A stretch of DNA of 48,953 nt, filler included, from Candidatus Eiseniibacteriota bacterium (GTDB lineage Bacteria; Orphanbacterota; Orphanbacteria; Orphanbacterales; Orphanbacteraceae): assembly GCA_043809585.1 (NCBI GenBank). It is 2 parts of 2 records of this genome, joined end to end, with 100 filler letters (N's around TTAATTAATTAA, not from the genome) between each part and the next. Parts side by side here need not be neighbours in the genome. Positions count along the whole stretch, not along the records: positions 1 to 27,460 come from JBDROZ010000106.1; positions 27,561 to 48,953 come from JBDROZ010000110.1. One strand, 5' to 3'. A program made the position numbers and the translations under genes. The notes under the pieces are model-generated. The model was not told where the DNA came from. It did no database searches and saw nothing but the letters and a program-made list of their open reading frames with translations. Position 1 is the stretch's first letter. Each line of letters begins with the position of its first letter. Positions 19,667-32,242 of this stretch are shown here, piece after piece.

Positions 19667-20341
19667 ATGAAGACCGCCAAGTCCCGCCCTACCGCGCCCT
19701 CCACCCGAACGCAGAAGCGGGCGCTCCGGACACGGCAAAAACTTCTTCAGGCGGCCCTCTCCGTCTTCTGCGAAAAGGGGGTGGATGCGGCCACGATCGA
19801 AGAGATCACCGAGAAGGCGGACTTGGGGAAGGGGACCTTCTACCGCCACTTCGAAGGAAAGGAAGCGGTGATGGCGGCGCTGACCGCCGACGCCCTCGAC
19901 CGTCTCATCGAGAACTTCCGCGCGCCGGGTCCCGAGCCGGCGTCGCTGGAGGAGACGATCCGGCGGATCGTGAAGGCCCACATCGCCTTCTTCGAAAAGC
20001 ACCGTTCCGAATTCGTTCTCTTGTTTCAGGGGCGGCTCTACCTCAAACTCGACCGGACGGGAGCGGAGGAGATCGAGAGGCCCTTCACCCGGTATCTCGA
20101 CGAGATCGAACGGGAGGCGACCCCCGCCCTTCCCGATTCCATAGACGAAGAGAGAATTCGCCAGCTGGTCATCGCTCTGGCCGGTTTCGTTTCCGGGTAC
20201 CTGTCGTTCGCCATGATCGACACGGAACCGCCGGAGATCGAAGAGAGCCTGGACACGTTTCTCGAAGGCTTCATCACGGGAGCCTTAAAGCACGTGGCGA
20301 ACGATCCGCCGTCCGCCGCGGAGAATCAATCGAACTCTTGA
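19667..20341 (+). CDS. TetR/AcrR family transcriptional regulator
   Basis: TRQKLLQAALSVFCEKGVDAATIEEITEKADLGKGTFYRHF HTH; alternative start at 19649. Confidence 0.93.
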   Translation: MKTAKSRPTAPSTRTQKRALRTRQKLLQAALSVFCEKGVDAATIEEITEKADLGKGTFYRHFEGKEAVMAALTADALDRLIENFRAPGPEPASLEETIRRIVKAHIAFFEKHRSEFVLLFQGRLYLKLDRTGAEEIERPFTRYLDEIEREATPALPDSIDEERIRQLVIALAGFVSGYLSFAMIDTEPPEIEESLDTFLEGFITGALKHVANDPPSAAENQSNS

Positions 20342-20368
20342 GCGCCGGATGCGCGAGGGAATCGACGG

Positions 20369-21714
20369 ATGCAGGAATCAACGCCTTCCTCCGAGAACGA
20401 CGCCTCGACTGATCGCCCTCCCAGCCGAGGCGTCCCGCAGCACCTACAATCGAATCGAGAGAGTCTTTTCGACTTCCCCGCGGTGTCCGCTCCGGGGACC
20501 CGTTGGAAGGACTGGCGCTGGCAAATGTCCCATCGGATCCGGAGCCTCGAAGACCTCCTCGAGTTCGCCGGAGACTCGCCGGAGACGGTCGGTCTCGACA
20601 TGGCGACGGCGAAGTTCCCCATGTCGATCACTCCGTATTACGCCTCCCTGATCCGGCGGTTCGACGACTCCGATCCGCTCTTCCGGATGGCCGTGCCCCA
20701 GATGGCGGAGCTGCACGACCCTCCGTTCCTCCGGGACGATCCTCTCGAGGAAAACGACGACATGCCGGTCCCCGGCCTCGTCCACCGCTATGCGGACCGG
20801 GCCCTTCTCATCGCCACGACGACCTGTTCCGTCTACTGCCGGCACTGCACGCGGAAGCGCGCGGCGGGCGTCCGGGAGACGGCGATCTCCGCCCGCCGCC
20901 TCGAGCAGACCGTGGAGTATCTCGAGACGCACCCGGAGATCCGGGACGTCATCGTCTCGGGCGGCGATCCCTTCACGATGACCACCGCGGCCCTCGACCG
21001 GATCCTCTCGGCGATCCGCACCGTGCCGAGCGTCGACATCATCCGGGTCGGCACCCGGACGCCGGTGACCATGCCCATGCGCGTCACCGACGAGCTGGCC
21101 GAGATGCTCCGGAGTCACCGGCCGGTCTGGGTGAACACGCACTTCAACCACCCCAACGAGGTTTCGCCCGACGCGGCCGAAGCGTGCGAGCGTCTCGTGG
21201 ACGCGGGGATCCCCGTGGGCAACCAGTCGGTTCTCCTCGCCGGCGTCAACGACGACCCGAGGACGATTGAAGCGCTCTGCCGGGCCCTCGTGCGCATCCG
21301 CGTGCGCCCCTACTACCTGTTCCAGTGCGACCTCGTTCGCGGGGTCGAGCACTTCCGCACGCCCCTTTCGCGGGGGATCGAGATCATGGAGTACCTGCGC
21401 GGCCGCATGAGCGGTCTCGCCATCCCGACGTTCGTGGTCGACGCCCCCCACGGCGGCGGCAAGATCCCCGTCCTGCCGAACTACATCGTCTCCACGAGCC
21501 CGACCCACACGGTGCTCCGGAACTTCGAGGGGACCCTCGTTTCCTATCCCGAACCGAACGCCCCTGTGACGCGGAAGGCGACGGGAACGGACTTCGCCCC
21601 CGGGGTGTGGGACCTCGCGAGCGGCGGGGCGACCGTCATCCAGCCCTCCCGGACGGCGCGCGGGAAGCGCCGCCCCCGGAAGAAGAAGCGCCCCGAGGAG
21701 ACGGGCTCCCGGAA

Positions 21715-21718
<4 letters not shown>
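20369..21718 (+). CDS. kamA: Lysine 2,3-aminomutase (KamA family radical SAM/PLP enzyme)
   Basis: GLVHRYADR, CSVYCRHC, SGGDP, HFNHPNE, PYYLFQCD, VVDAPHGGGKIP. Confidence 0.92.
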
Positions 21719-23454
<1,736 letters not shown>

Positions 23455-23459
23455 GTGAA

Positions 23460-24470
23460 ATGAAAGGGCTCGATTCGATGCGCGTCGGCATGGTCTACGA
23501 CCTCCGGTCCGATTACCGGGCCGAAGGATTCGGCGAGGAGGAGGTCGCCGAATTCGACTCGGAGGAAACCGTCCGGCTCCTCGCGGAGGCGATCGAGTCC
23601 CTCGGCCACCGGGTGGACCGGATCGGGCACGCGAAGGCCCTCGTCCGGCGGCTCGCGGCGGGGGACCGGTGGGACCTGGTGTTCAACATCGCCGAGGGGG
23701 TCCGCGGGCGGTCGCGGGAGGCCCAGGTCCCGTGCATCCTCGATCTGTACGAAATCCCCTACACGTTCAGCGATCCCCTGGTCTCGGCGGTCACCCTCGA
23801 CAAGGAGGTCGCGAAGAGGCTCGTGCGCCAGGCGGGGCTCCGCACGCCGGCGAGCGCGGTGGTCGCTTCCGAAGAGGACATCGAAAGGGTCGGCCTCCGC
23901 TACCCTCTCTTCGCCAAGCCTCTCGCCGAGGGGACCGGGAAGGGGATCGACGGGCGCTCGCTCATCGAGAGTCCGGAGGGGCTCGCGGACGCGTGCCGTA
24001 TCATCTTGGAACGTCTGCGGGAACCGGTTCTCGTCGAGGAGTACCTGCCGGGGCGGGAGTTCACCGTCGCCGTGCTCGGCACGGGCCCGCGCGCCCGGGT
24101 CCTCGGCACGATGGAAGTGACCGTGACGGAGCGCGCCGGGTCGGCGGTCTACGGCTACAAGTCGAAGGAGGAGTGCGAGACCCTCGTCGACTACTCGCCC
24201 GCGGCGGACGGAGAGCTGCGGGACGAGACGGAAGAGCTCGCCCTTCTCTCCTACCGGGCCCTCGAGTGCCGGGACGCCGGGCGCGTGGACATTCGCGTCG
24301 ACCGGGAGGGACGCCCGAGCTTCATGGAAGTGAACCCTCTCCCCGGCCTCCACCCGAGCCACTCGGACCTCCCCATGATCGCCACCCAAGAGGGCATGAG
24401 CTACCGGGAACTGATCGGGTCGATCGTGGAGAGCGCGGCGACACGCGTGGGGAACCATCATGGCTGGTAG
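23460..24470 (+). CDS. D-Ala-D-Ala ligase-like ATP-grasp protein
   Basis: VFNIAEG, DK, FAKPLAEGTGKG, EEYLPGREFTV, GRVDIR, MEVNPLPG. Confidence 0.88.
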   Translation: MKGLDSMRVGMVYDLRSDYRAEGFGEEEVAEFDSEETVRLLAEAIESLGHRVDRIGHAKALVRRLAAGDRWDLVFNIAEGVRGRSREAQVPCILDLYEIPYTFSDPLVSAVTLDKEVAKRLVRQAGLRTPASAVVASEEDIERVGLRYPLFAKPLAEGTGKGIDGRSLIESPEGLADACRIILERLREPVLVEEYLPGREFTVAVLGTGPRARVLGTMEVTVTERAGSAVYGYKSKEECETLVDYSPAADGELRDETEELALLSYRALECRDAGRVDIRVDREGRPSFMEVNPLPGLHPSHSDLPMIATQEGMSYRELIGSIVESAATRVGNHHGW

Positions 24471-26007
24471 CCTTCCTTCCGTGCTCGTCCTCTACAACGA
24501 GCCCCGCCCCGGAGGATCGTTCGGCCACGCCCTGAGCGACGCGGGCGTGCTCGCCGAGGCGGAGGCCGTGGCGGAAGCGCTCCGGGGGGCGGGCGTGCCC
24601 CACCGCGTCGCCTCGGTCCGCACCCTCCGGGACGTGCCGGACGCACTTCTCGGCGGGGAGGAGAAGATCGTCTTCAACCTGGTCGAGTCTCTTCACGGCG
24701 ACCCGGAGCAGGCGGCGCTCGTGCCCGCCGTCTCTGAGGCGTTCGGCCGATCGTGCACCGGATCGGGAACGGACGCGCTTCTTCTCACGCTCGACAAGGG
24801 GTGGACGAAAGGGATCCTCCGTGGGGCGGGGCTGCCGGTGCCGCCGGGGGTGACGGTCCCCCCTGGAGAGAGCGTGCCGGCGGCGGGACTCCCGCCGGGG
24901 ACCCTGATCGTGAAGCCGGTGCGCGCCGACGCGAGCGAAGGGATCACGGCGGAGAAGAGCGTCTGCCCCGGACCCGGGCCGCGGCTCGACGAAGCGGTCC
25001 GGTCGGTGCACGAACGATTCGGAGGGGCGGCGCTCGTGGAGGCTCTCGTGGGGGAGCGGGAGCTGAACGTCTCGCTATTACAGAGGGGGAACGAAATCAC
25101 GGTCCTCCCTCTCGCGGAGATCGACTTCGGAGCCTTCGCCGAAGGGAAGCCGCGGATCGTCGATTACGCGGCCAAGTGGGAAGAGGGCTCCTTCGAATTT
25201 CACCACACGCCGCGCCTCCTGCCGGCTCCGCTGGCGGAAGAGGACGCGGACCGGGTCCGCGCCATGGCCCGGGCGGCGTGGTTCGCCACGGGCTGCCGGG
25301 ACTACGCCCGCGTCGATTTTCGCCTCGGCGAAGGCGGCGAACCGTTCATCCTCGAGATCAACGCGAACCCGGACATCGCCCCCGACGCGGGCTTCGCCGC
25401 GGCCCTCGCCGCGGGGGATGTTCCCTTCGCCCGGTTCGTGCTCGCGGCGGTCCGAAACGCGGCGGACCGGCTTCCCCCCCCTGCCGCGGTCCCGCGAAGG
25501 AGCGGCAAACCGGAAGCGGCCGGGATCGAGATCCGGCGGACCACCGCCCCCGACCGGGAGGGAATCATCGGCCTTCTCCGGGCGACCCGCTTCTTCCGGG
25601 ACAACGAAGTGGACATCGCGATCGAGGTCCTGGACGAGGCGATCGAGAAGGGGGAAGGGGGACACTACCGATCGTACACGGCCCTCCGGGAGGGGCGGCC
25701 CACGGGGTGGGTCTCTTTCGGGCCGACGCCGTGCACGTCGGGCACGTGGGACCTCTACTGGATCGCCGTCTCCCCCGAAGAGCAGGGGACCGGCGTCGGA
25801 TCGATGCTCATGGAACTCGCCGAGAGGCTCATCGCCGAATCGTCGGGACGGCTCGTGATCGTGGAGACCGCGGGGCGGGAAGAGTACGAGCCGACGCGCC
25901 GCTTCTACCTCAAGCTCGCCTACACCGAAGCCTCGCGGCTGAAAGACTTCTACGCGCCCGGCGACGACAAGGTGGTCTACACGAAGGTGCTCGATCCGCG
26001 GAGCTAA
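24460..26007 (+). CDS. D-Ala-D-Ala ligase-like ATP-grasp domain fused to a C-terminal GNAT domain
   Basis: IVKPVRADASEG, YARVDFR, LEINANPD; then WDLYWIAV..QGTGVGS, VETAG, FYLKLAY. Confidence 0.88.
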   Translation: MAGSLPSVLVLYNEPRPGGSFGHALSDAGVLAEAEAVAEALRGAGVPHRVASVRTLRDVPDALLGGEEKIVFNLVESLHGDPEQAALVPAVSEAFGRSCTGSGTDALLLTLDKGWTKGILRGAGLPVPPGVTVPPGESVPAAGLPPGTLIVKPVRADASEGITAEKSVCPGPGPRLDEAVRSVHERFGGAALVEALVGERELNVSLLQRGNEITVLPLAEIDFGAFAEGKPRIVDYAAKWEEGSFEFHHTPRLLPAPLAEEDADRVRAMARAAWFATGCRDYARVDFRLGEGGEPFILEINANPDIAPDAGFAAALAAGDVPFARFVLAAVRNAADRLPPPAAVPRRSGKPEAAGIEIRRTTAPDREGIIGLLRATRFFRDNEVDIAIEVLDEAIEKGEGGHYRSYTALREGRPTGWVSFGPTPCTSGTWDLYWIAVSPEEQGTGVGSMLMELAERLIAESSGRLVIVETAGREEYEPTRRFYLKLAYTEASRLKDFYAPGDDKVVYTKVLDPRS

Positions 26008-26220
26008 CCTCGATCCCTCAGAGACTGCGTCCCTGAATTCGTTGGGCGGGAGCCGGGGGATCAGGGCTGGCTTGCTCAGACAGTCCTCGCGCGCCGGCCC
26101 CGGCATCGAGGCGTCCCGCCTCACAGGCTGAGGCCGGCGCGCTGCGGAACTCGCCGCTCAGCCCTAACCCCCCGGCTCCCTACTCGGCCCAAGATGTGTG
26201 AGTCCTTTGACGAATCGAGG
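26008..26220. repeat. Nested palindromic intergenic element (REP/MITE-like or structured RNA)
   Basis: CCTCGAT/ATCGAGG outer ends; 22-bp arms at 26048-26069 and 26159-26180; 16-bp arms at 26089-26104 and 26127-26142; inner GAGGCG-TCC-CGCCTC hairpin. Confidence 0.7.
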
Positions 26221-26226
26221 CCGGTT

Positions 26227-27204
26227 CTACTCGGCGATGGTCAGGAACGCTCCGGCCGTGTCGGTGACGGCGATGTCCGTGCTCCCCGACGGGGTGGAGA
26301 AGAAGACGTCCTCGAGAGAGAGCCGGACCGCCGCCGGCAGGGCGGGGAAGGCGTCCGCGAGATCGACGCTCACCAGGAAGATCAGATCGTTCCCCGCCGG
26401 GATCGAACGAACCGGGTCGAGGAGAGTGTCCCCCTCGGCCGGGCGGAGGTCGACGGTGAGCACCCGGAGGGTCGAGTCGGTGGGACGGGCGAATCGTGTG
26501 CCGATGAGGGAGTCGGCGCCGGAAACTTCGCCGAGGTAGAGCCGGCTCGAAGGATCCACCTCGATGCCCACCACCGAGTCGATCACCGATTCGTCGAAGC
26601 GGAGCTGGAACTGAAGGCCGCCGATGGGCGAGCCGTTCTTGAGGATGATCGGAATGCCGTGGCGCGCGCCGGGGGCGGCCGTGCTCCGGCCGACGGCGAG
26701 ACCGTACTCCCCCGCGCCGGGGGCCCCTTCCGGCGTGAGGACCATGGAGAGACGCTTCCGGTCGCCGGGACCGAGGCGAACCGTCCGTTCCCCGTCCGCC
26801 GCCGCCCGGCCCCCCGATCCGGTCCCGTCGTGGGAGAGCCGGGTGACGACCCGGAACTCGCGGCTATCGAGCAGATCGACTCGAAGCAGGGCGTTGAAAT
26901 GGGCGCCCGTCCCGTCGTCGGTGTACGTGGGCGCCCAGGAACCGCGCGCCCCGAGGGGGAATGTCTCCGGCGAGTCCGTGTAGGGGGATTCGGTCACGTC
27001 GTAAAGGGCGATTTTCAGGGAGTCGGGGGCGGCCGTCTTTCCGGCTCCCTTCTCGACCATCACCGTGACGGTTACCGAAAGGTCGGCCCCCGATCCGGCC
27101 GGACCGAGAGGGTCCGCGTCCAGACAGCCCGGCACGCGGAGCAGCGCCCCCCCGAGGACCAGGGCCGCCGCCGCGAAGAAGATCCGGAACCGGTTTCGTC
27201 TCAT
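26227..27204 (-). CDS. Exported protein (possible lipoprotein) with a C-terminal cohesin-like domain
   Basis: Signal region ending VPGC; AAPGARHGIPIILKNGSPIGGLQFQLRFD...VRLSLEDVFFS. Confidence 0.7.
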   Translation of the reverse strand: MRRNRFRIFFAAAALVLGGALLRVPGCLDADPLGPAGSGADLSVTVTVMVEKGAGKTAAPDSLKIALYDVTESPYTDSPETFPLGARGSWAPTYTDDGTGAHFNALLRVDLLDSREFRVVTRLSHDGTGSGGRAAADGERTVRLGPGDRKRLSMVLTPEGAPGAGEYGLAVGRSTAAPGARHGIPIILKNGSPIGGLQFQLRFDESVIDSVVGIEVDPSSRLYLGEVSGADSLIGTRFARPTDSTLRVLTVDLRPAEGDTLLDPVRSIPAGNDLIFLVSVDLADAFPALPAAVRLSLEDVFFSTPSGSTDIAVTDTAGAFLTIAE

Positions 27205-27460
27205 GACAATCGCGCCGACCTTTCTCCCGAGAGACTCTTCGAATCGTACACCGGAGACGGGGTAAAGGGAAGCAGCTGATTCCGTATGATTCCGTAACCG
27301 GATACATCTCTTGGATGAATATGGAACCGGCTACCTTATCCAAGCCACGGGAACCGGATACCCCGCTCCGGATTGTTCCTAGAATCGGTTTCACAACCTC
27401 CTTCGTCGCGAGATCGCGCGAAAGGTCCGGCGGCAAGGATCAAGGGGGAAAACGCCCGGA

Positions 27461-27560
27461 NNNNNNNNNNNNNNNNNNNNNNNNNNNNNNNNNNNNNNNN
27501 NNNNTTAATTAATTAANNNNNNNNNNNNNNNNNNNNNNNNNNNNNNNNNNNNNNNNNNNN
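27461..27560. other. Assembly spacer / contig join
   Basis: N run containing TTAATTAATTAA (27505-27516), which has stops in all six frames. Confidence 0.98.
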
Positions 27561-27720
27561 CGCTCAACCCCCTCCCCGGGTAACGGCTGAAGGAGAAGTG
27601 ACTCGATAGCCCGATGTAGTGAAGACCTCTTGAATCGTTTTGTTGATTTATAACGACTTAGGATCCCTCAAACTCCCGAATCCGCGAAGTCGGGTTAGGG
27701 CCGGACTTCTGGTCGGCCGA

Positions 27721-29031
27721 CTATTTGGCATGGCTGACGAGGATCTTGCTCTTTCCGGTTCGCCCCCGTTCGATCGCATCGACGTACTCTACGTCCACCC
27801 GGATCATCTCGCCCATGCAAGTAAAAGCCTCCTCTATCCTTGCCCGAATACGCTCGACCATATCCGGATCGAAGCCCTTCCCTTTCACGATCCGGAGCGT
27901 CAGGTGATCTCTCCGCTCCTGCACCGCCTGGAACTGGGCGATGGAGTAGACGTTCATCTCCGCCTCGGAGTGAACCGCCTGGTAGATCGGCGACGGATTG
28001 GTCTTTTTCCCGCTGGGCAAAAGGATGAAGTCGATTTCCCGGCCGTCGAGCCGCCCGATGAGCGGCCAGCTTCTGCCGCACAGGCACGACCCACCGGATG
28101 GCGTGCCGTAATCTCCTATCCGGTAGCGGATCAGGGGCTGAGCGAAATTCTGAAGTCCCGTCACGACGATCTCCCCCGTTTCCCCCGGCCTTACAGGGTC
28201 GCCGTCCTTCAAGAACTCCAGAACGGCCCAGTCCGTGATCATGTGGAGGCCGGCGTGCGCGTCGCACTCGAACGCGAGGGCCTTGAACTCGACCGACCCG
28301 TACGTGTCGTGGACCTCGAGCCCGAAGGTCTCGCGGATCACGGACCGGTGGAACTCGGTCAGGTTCATCCCCTGGCTCAGAATCCGGCGGGGGCGGATGC
28401 CCGAAACGTCGTACTGCCCCAACACGGTCAGGAATGAGGGGTAGGAATAGAGGACGTCCGGCTTCGCCTTCCGGAGCATCTCGATAGCCGAGCGCGTATC
28501 CGAAAGAGGGGGCAGGATCACGTGGTTCGGGAGGACCGGTCCGGCGGACGCGGCAATTGTGACGAACCGATCGTTCCACCGGACCCCGCACTCGGAGAGC
28601 GCGTATGCCTTCACCCCGAGGCCGCGCCCGTACGCTTCCTCGTCCATGAGCACACGGAGTGGTACGCCCGTCGATCCCGAGGTGAAACACGACCGACACC
28701 GAAGCGGATCGATGCCCTCGGCCACGAACGCCCCCGGATCCGCGCGGATCTCTTCTTTGTCCGTCATCGGAATGCGGCGGAGGTCGTCGAGCGTTCGGAG
28801 ATCATCGGGTCGAAAGCCGGCCCGGTCGAAGAGGCAGCGGTAGTACGGTACACGGCGGTATGCGTGACGGACGAGGGCGCTCAGCCTTCGCCATTGAATC
28901 TCGCGGAGTTCCTCTTTCGATTTCCACCGGTGCCGCCGGAGTTCACGGAAGTAATGGAACGCCTTTGCGCCAGCAAGGAGGACCTTCGGATTTGCGTGTT
29001 TTCGGTAGCCGCCGAAGGAACGCAGGTTCAT
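27721..29031 (-). CDS. Phenylacetate-CoA ligase / CapK family adenylating enzyme
   Basis: HAYRRVPYYR, TSGSTG, DTYGSVE, PLIRYRIGD, GR, GKSK. Confidence 0.9.
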   Translation of the reverse strand: MNLRSFGGYRKHANPKVLLAGAKAFHYFRELRRHRWKSKEELREIQWRRLSALVRHAYRRVPYYRCLFDRAGFRPDDLRTLDDLRRIPMTDKEEIRADPGAFVAEGIDPLRCRSCFTSGSTGVPLRVLMDEEAYGRGLGVKAYALSECGVRWNDRFVTIAASAGPVLPNHVILPPLSDTRSAIEMLRKAKPDVLYSYPSFLTVLGQYDVSGIRPRRILSQGMNLTEFHRSVIRETFGLEVHDTYGSVEFKALAFECDAHAGLHMITDWAVLEFLKDGDPVRPGETGEIVVTGLQNFAQPLIRYRIGDYGTPSGGSCLCGRSWPLIGRLDGREIDFILLPSGKKTNPSPIYQAVHSEAEMNVYSIAQFQAVQERRDHLTLRIVKGKGFDPDMVERIRARIEEAFTCMGEMIRVDVEYVDAIERGRTGKSKILVSHAK

Positions 29032-29038
29032 CGCGCCC

Positions 29039-30350
29039 CATCCCTGTCGTAGATCTCGTCCTGTCCCCCCCGCAAATCCGGTCGGCCTTGGCCGGGTTGA
29101 CCTTACGGCGATTATGGCTCAGGCTTAGTTTCATGATATCATAACTACTGAGCCTCGCATCGTCGCTAGTGAAATCCCGCCGGGCGCTGGTCCTCGAGAA
29201 CCTGGCACTTCGGCATCAACTTCAAGTACTGCAACGATCTGGGAGGAAGCCCCGACTGAACCGGCCAGATCGTGGCCTATGGGTTCTACTCTCAAGGCTG
29301 TGGGCCGGTTGGAGAGACGCCCTGGTCCTCGTCGAGCCGGCGACCGTGGTCGGATGGCACTGACAGGGTTTCCGGCTCTACTGGAGATGGAAGTCCAAGA
29401 AGCCTGGCAGACCGAAGGTGCCCATCGAGATCCGCGTCCTAATCCGAAGAATGTCTCGAGAGAATCCGCTCTGGGGGGCACCTAAGATCCACGGGGAGCT
29501 GCTCAAGCTCGGCATAGATGTCGGGGAAAACGTCGGTCGCCAAGTACATGTTCAAACCCACGAAGCCGCGGTCTCAGACCTGGCTAACGTTTCTCCGGAA
29601 TCACACCGACGCCATGGCCTCGATCGACTTCTTCACCGTGCCGACGGCGACGTGTCGGATTCTCTACGTATTCGTGGCCTCTCACATTCACGGCGGAAGG
29701 TGCTTCACTTCAACGTCACCGACTCCCCTACCGCTGCATGGACAAGCCGTCAATTGATCCAGGCCTTCCCTTGGGACACCGCTCCGAAGTACTTGCTCCG
29801 GGATCGAGACAAGATCTATGGGCATGAGTTCCATCGCACCGCTCGCAACCTCGGCTTCGAGCAGATCAAGATTTCGCCCCGGTCCCCGTGGCAGAATCCC
29901 TACGTCGAACGTGTAATTGGCTCAATCAGGAGGGAGTGCCTGGATCACATCATCATCTTCAGCGAGAACCACCTGCGGAAGGTACTGCGCGGTTACCTCG
30001 ACTACTATCATGAGTCGCGGACGCACCTCGGCCTCGGCAAGGACTGCCCTGAGACACGACCAGTTGAGACTTCCGAGATGGGCAAGGTCGAAGCGATCCC
30101 GATGGTCGGTGGGCTGCATCATCGCTATACGCGGATCGCGGCCTAGCCAAATCGCGATTTTCGCTCTCATGCGCAAGGGACCAGTCTGTCTTAGATGGCC
30201 CTGACCGGCCAAGGTGCCGGGATGATCGCTCACCAGACCGGTTCGATTCACACCTGGCCAGGTCAACTACGTGAAACAGGCGCTGAATTAGCTGGAGACT
30301 GGAGACCAAACGACCAATCTAGAGGGCAGATGGGATTTACGACAGGGACA
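29039..30350 (+). mobile_element. Decayed IS with an integrase-core (DDE/rve) transposase
   Basis: Imperfect terminal IRs TCCCTGTCGTAGATCTCGTC (29041-29060) and GATGGGATTTACGACAGGGA (30329-30348), 17/20 match, enclosing a transposase remnant. Confidence 0.8.
29133..30146 (+). pseudogene. Integrase-core transposase pseudogene
   Basis: ENLALRHQL, IDFFTVPT, RDRD, PWQNPYVERVIGSIRRECLDH, GGLHHRY spread over several frames; in-frame stops at 29142 and 29361 plus frameshifts. Confidence 0.9.
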
Positions 30351-30352
30351 GG

Positions 30353-30604
30353 GCCGCCGCCGTCGTCGTGATGAAGAGCGGCGAACGCAAGGAGGGCGTC
30401 ATTCGGGAGGTGACGGCGTGGGGTCTTAGACTCCAAACATCCGAGGGTGGTTCCGTGATCGACATCTTGTACGAGGATTCCGACCGAATCGAACTACGCA
30501 AACGTGACTACCCTGGAATCGTCTTTGGAGCCGTGCTCGTATCTATCGGATTCTCGATCGTGGTGCTTTTCGCACTTGCCATGTCAAATTGGAATCCAGG
30601 TTGA
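30353..30604 (+). pseudogene. Hypothetical protein with C-terminal TM helix, probably 5'-truncated at the IS end
   Basis: Open frame begins right at the IS right end; no clear RBS; small beta domain followed by a hydrophobic helix. Confidence 0.45.
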
Positions 30605-30905
30605 TTTCGGCAGTCCCCTTCGGAACACAGTACGCTCACGCGATCGGTGTCATACCTATGGGAAATGCCTGCCGGGTGGGCGAGCGGGGGGAGGCGGAGG
30701 ATGGCCACCACGTTGGCCTTGACAGATTCGGCCTTCTCATGGAAGGGACAGGCCGCATCGTGTATTTCTCTTGCAAAATGACGCTCCCAAAGGTTTCTGG
30801 TGCATAATTCTCAGAACTCGATTCTCAAGCTGCCCGGTTGTTCCGGTTTGATAGTAGAGAAGCGTTGGAAGGAATAATTCAGGTTAAGGAAAGGATTCAC
30901 CGATT

Positions 30906-31988
30906 ATGGTCAGTAAGGCGAACAAAAAAAAGGAACCCAAGAGCCTCGCAGCGCCTTCGGAGGGCTCGCAGGCTCTTGACTCCGCCCTCGCCCAGATCGA
31001 GAAACGGTACGGCAAGGGCTCGATCATGCGACTCGGCGACGACGAGGTGCGCCAGAAGATCCACACCATACCGACCGGATCGCTCTCTCTGGACATCGCG
31101 CTCGGCGTCGGGGGCGTGCCCCGCGGCAGGATCATCGAAATCTACGGCCCCGAGTCGTCGGGCAAGACGACCCTCATCCTTCACATCATCGCGAACGCGC
31201 AGAGGGCGGGGGGGATGGCGGCGTTCATCGACGCCGAGCACGCCCTCGACCCGGTTTACGCCCGGAAACTCGGCGTCGACGTCGATTCGCTTCTCGTCTC
31301 CCAGCCCGACACGGGGGAGCAGGCGCTCGAAATCACCGAGATGCTCGTGCGTTCCGGCGCGATCGACGTGATCGCCATCGACTCCGTCGCCGCTCTCGTG
31401 CCGCGCGCGGAAATCGAAGGAGAGATGGGAGACTCCCACGTGGGGCTCCAGGCCAGGTTGATGTCGCAGGCGTTGCGCAAGCTCGCCGGCATTACGAGCA
31501 AGTCGAGAACGTGCATCGCTTTTTCGAACCAGATTCGAATGAAGATCGGCGTCATGTTCGGCAACCCGGAGACGACCTCGGGGGGCATCGCACTCAAGTT
31601 CTACTCCTCGGTCCGCATGGACATCCGGCGCATCGCCTCGATCAAGAGCGGTGAACAGGTCGTGGGCAACCGGACGAAGGTCAAGGTCGTGAAGAACAAG
31701 ATCGCGCCTCCGTTCCGCATCGCCGAGTTCGACATCATGTACGGCGAAGGGATCTCGCGGGAAGGAGACCTGGTCGACCTCGGCGTCGAACTCGAGGTCC
31801 TGCAGAAATCCGGGACATGGATCTCCTTCGGGGAAGAGCGGATCGGACAGGGGCGCGAAAACGCAAGGCGGTTCTTGAAGGACTACCCGGAAGTCGCCGA
31901 CAATATCGAGACCATGATCCGGGAGAAGTCGGGCCTCCTCCCGGCGGCAAATGAAGAGGATGGGAAAGAAAAGCCGCATGACGAGTGA
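30906..31988 (+). CDS. recA: Recombinase RecA
   Basis: [48 protein letters not shown]. Confidence 0.99.
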   Translation: MVSKANKKKEPKSLAAPSEGSQALDSALAQIEKRYGKGSIMRLGDDEVRQKIHTIPTGSLSLDIALGVGGVPRGRIIEIYGPESSGKTTLILHIIANAQRAGGMAAFIDAEHALDPVYARKLGVDVDSLLVSQPDTGEQALEITEMLVRSGAIDVIAIDSVAALVPRAEIEGEMGDSHVGLQARLMSQALRKLAGITSKSRTCIAFSNQIRMKIGVMFGNPETTSGGIALKFYSSVRMDIRRIASIKSGEQVVGNRTKVKVVKNKIAPPFRIAEFDIMYGEGISREGDLVDLGVELEVLQKSGTWISFGEERIGQGRENARRFLKDYPEVADNIETMIREKSGLLPAANEEDGKEKPHDE

Positions 31989-32052
31989 GGAATTGCGGCA
32001 GGCCTTTCTCGACTTCTTCCGGGACCGGGACCACCCCGCCCATCCCCCCCTC

Positions 32053-32242
32053 TGTCCCTCCCGGAAATCCCGTCCGCCTTGCCCGGCATGACGTTGCGTT
32101 TTCCGCGTCTCAGCCGAAATTCCGAGACTTTACGGAAACTGCAGGGGGCACGGATGGGGCTTGGCATGCGCCTGCCGACCGGACGAGCGGGGGGAGGGGG
32201 GGGGGGTCGCCTGGGAGGCAGATGGGGTTTGCGGTAGGGATA
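32053..32242. mobile_element. MITE-like element bounded by ends related to the upstream IS
   Basis: TGTCCCTCCCGGAAATCCCGTC (32053-32074) and GATGGGGTTTGCGGTAGGGATA (32221-32242) are imperfect inverted repeats; no internal gene. Confidence 0.55.

Noticed and set aside
27461-27560. TTAATTAATTAA palindrome inside the N run
   Set aside because: Artificial contig linker; adjacency across it carries no biological meaning.
30808-30830. AGAACTCGATTCT upstream of recA as a LexA box
   Set aside because: Spacing does not fit GAAC-N4-GTTC, and the lineage's SOS motif is unknown.
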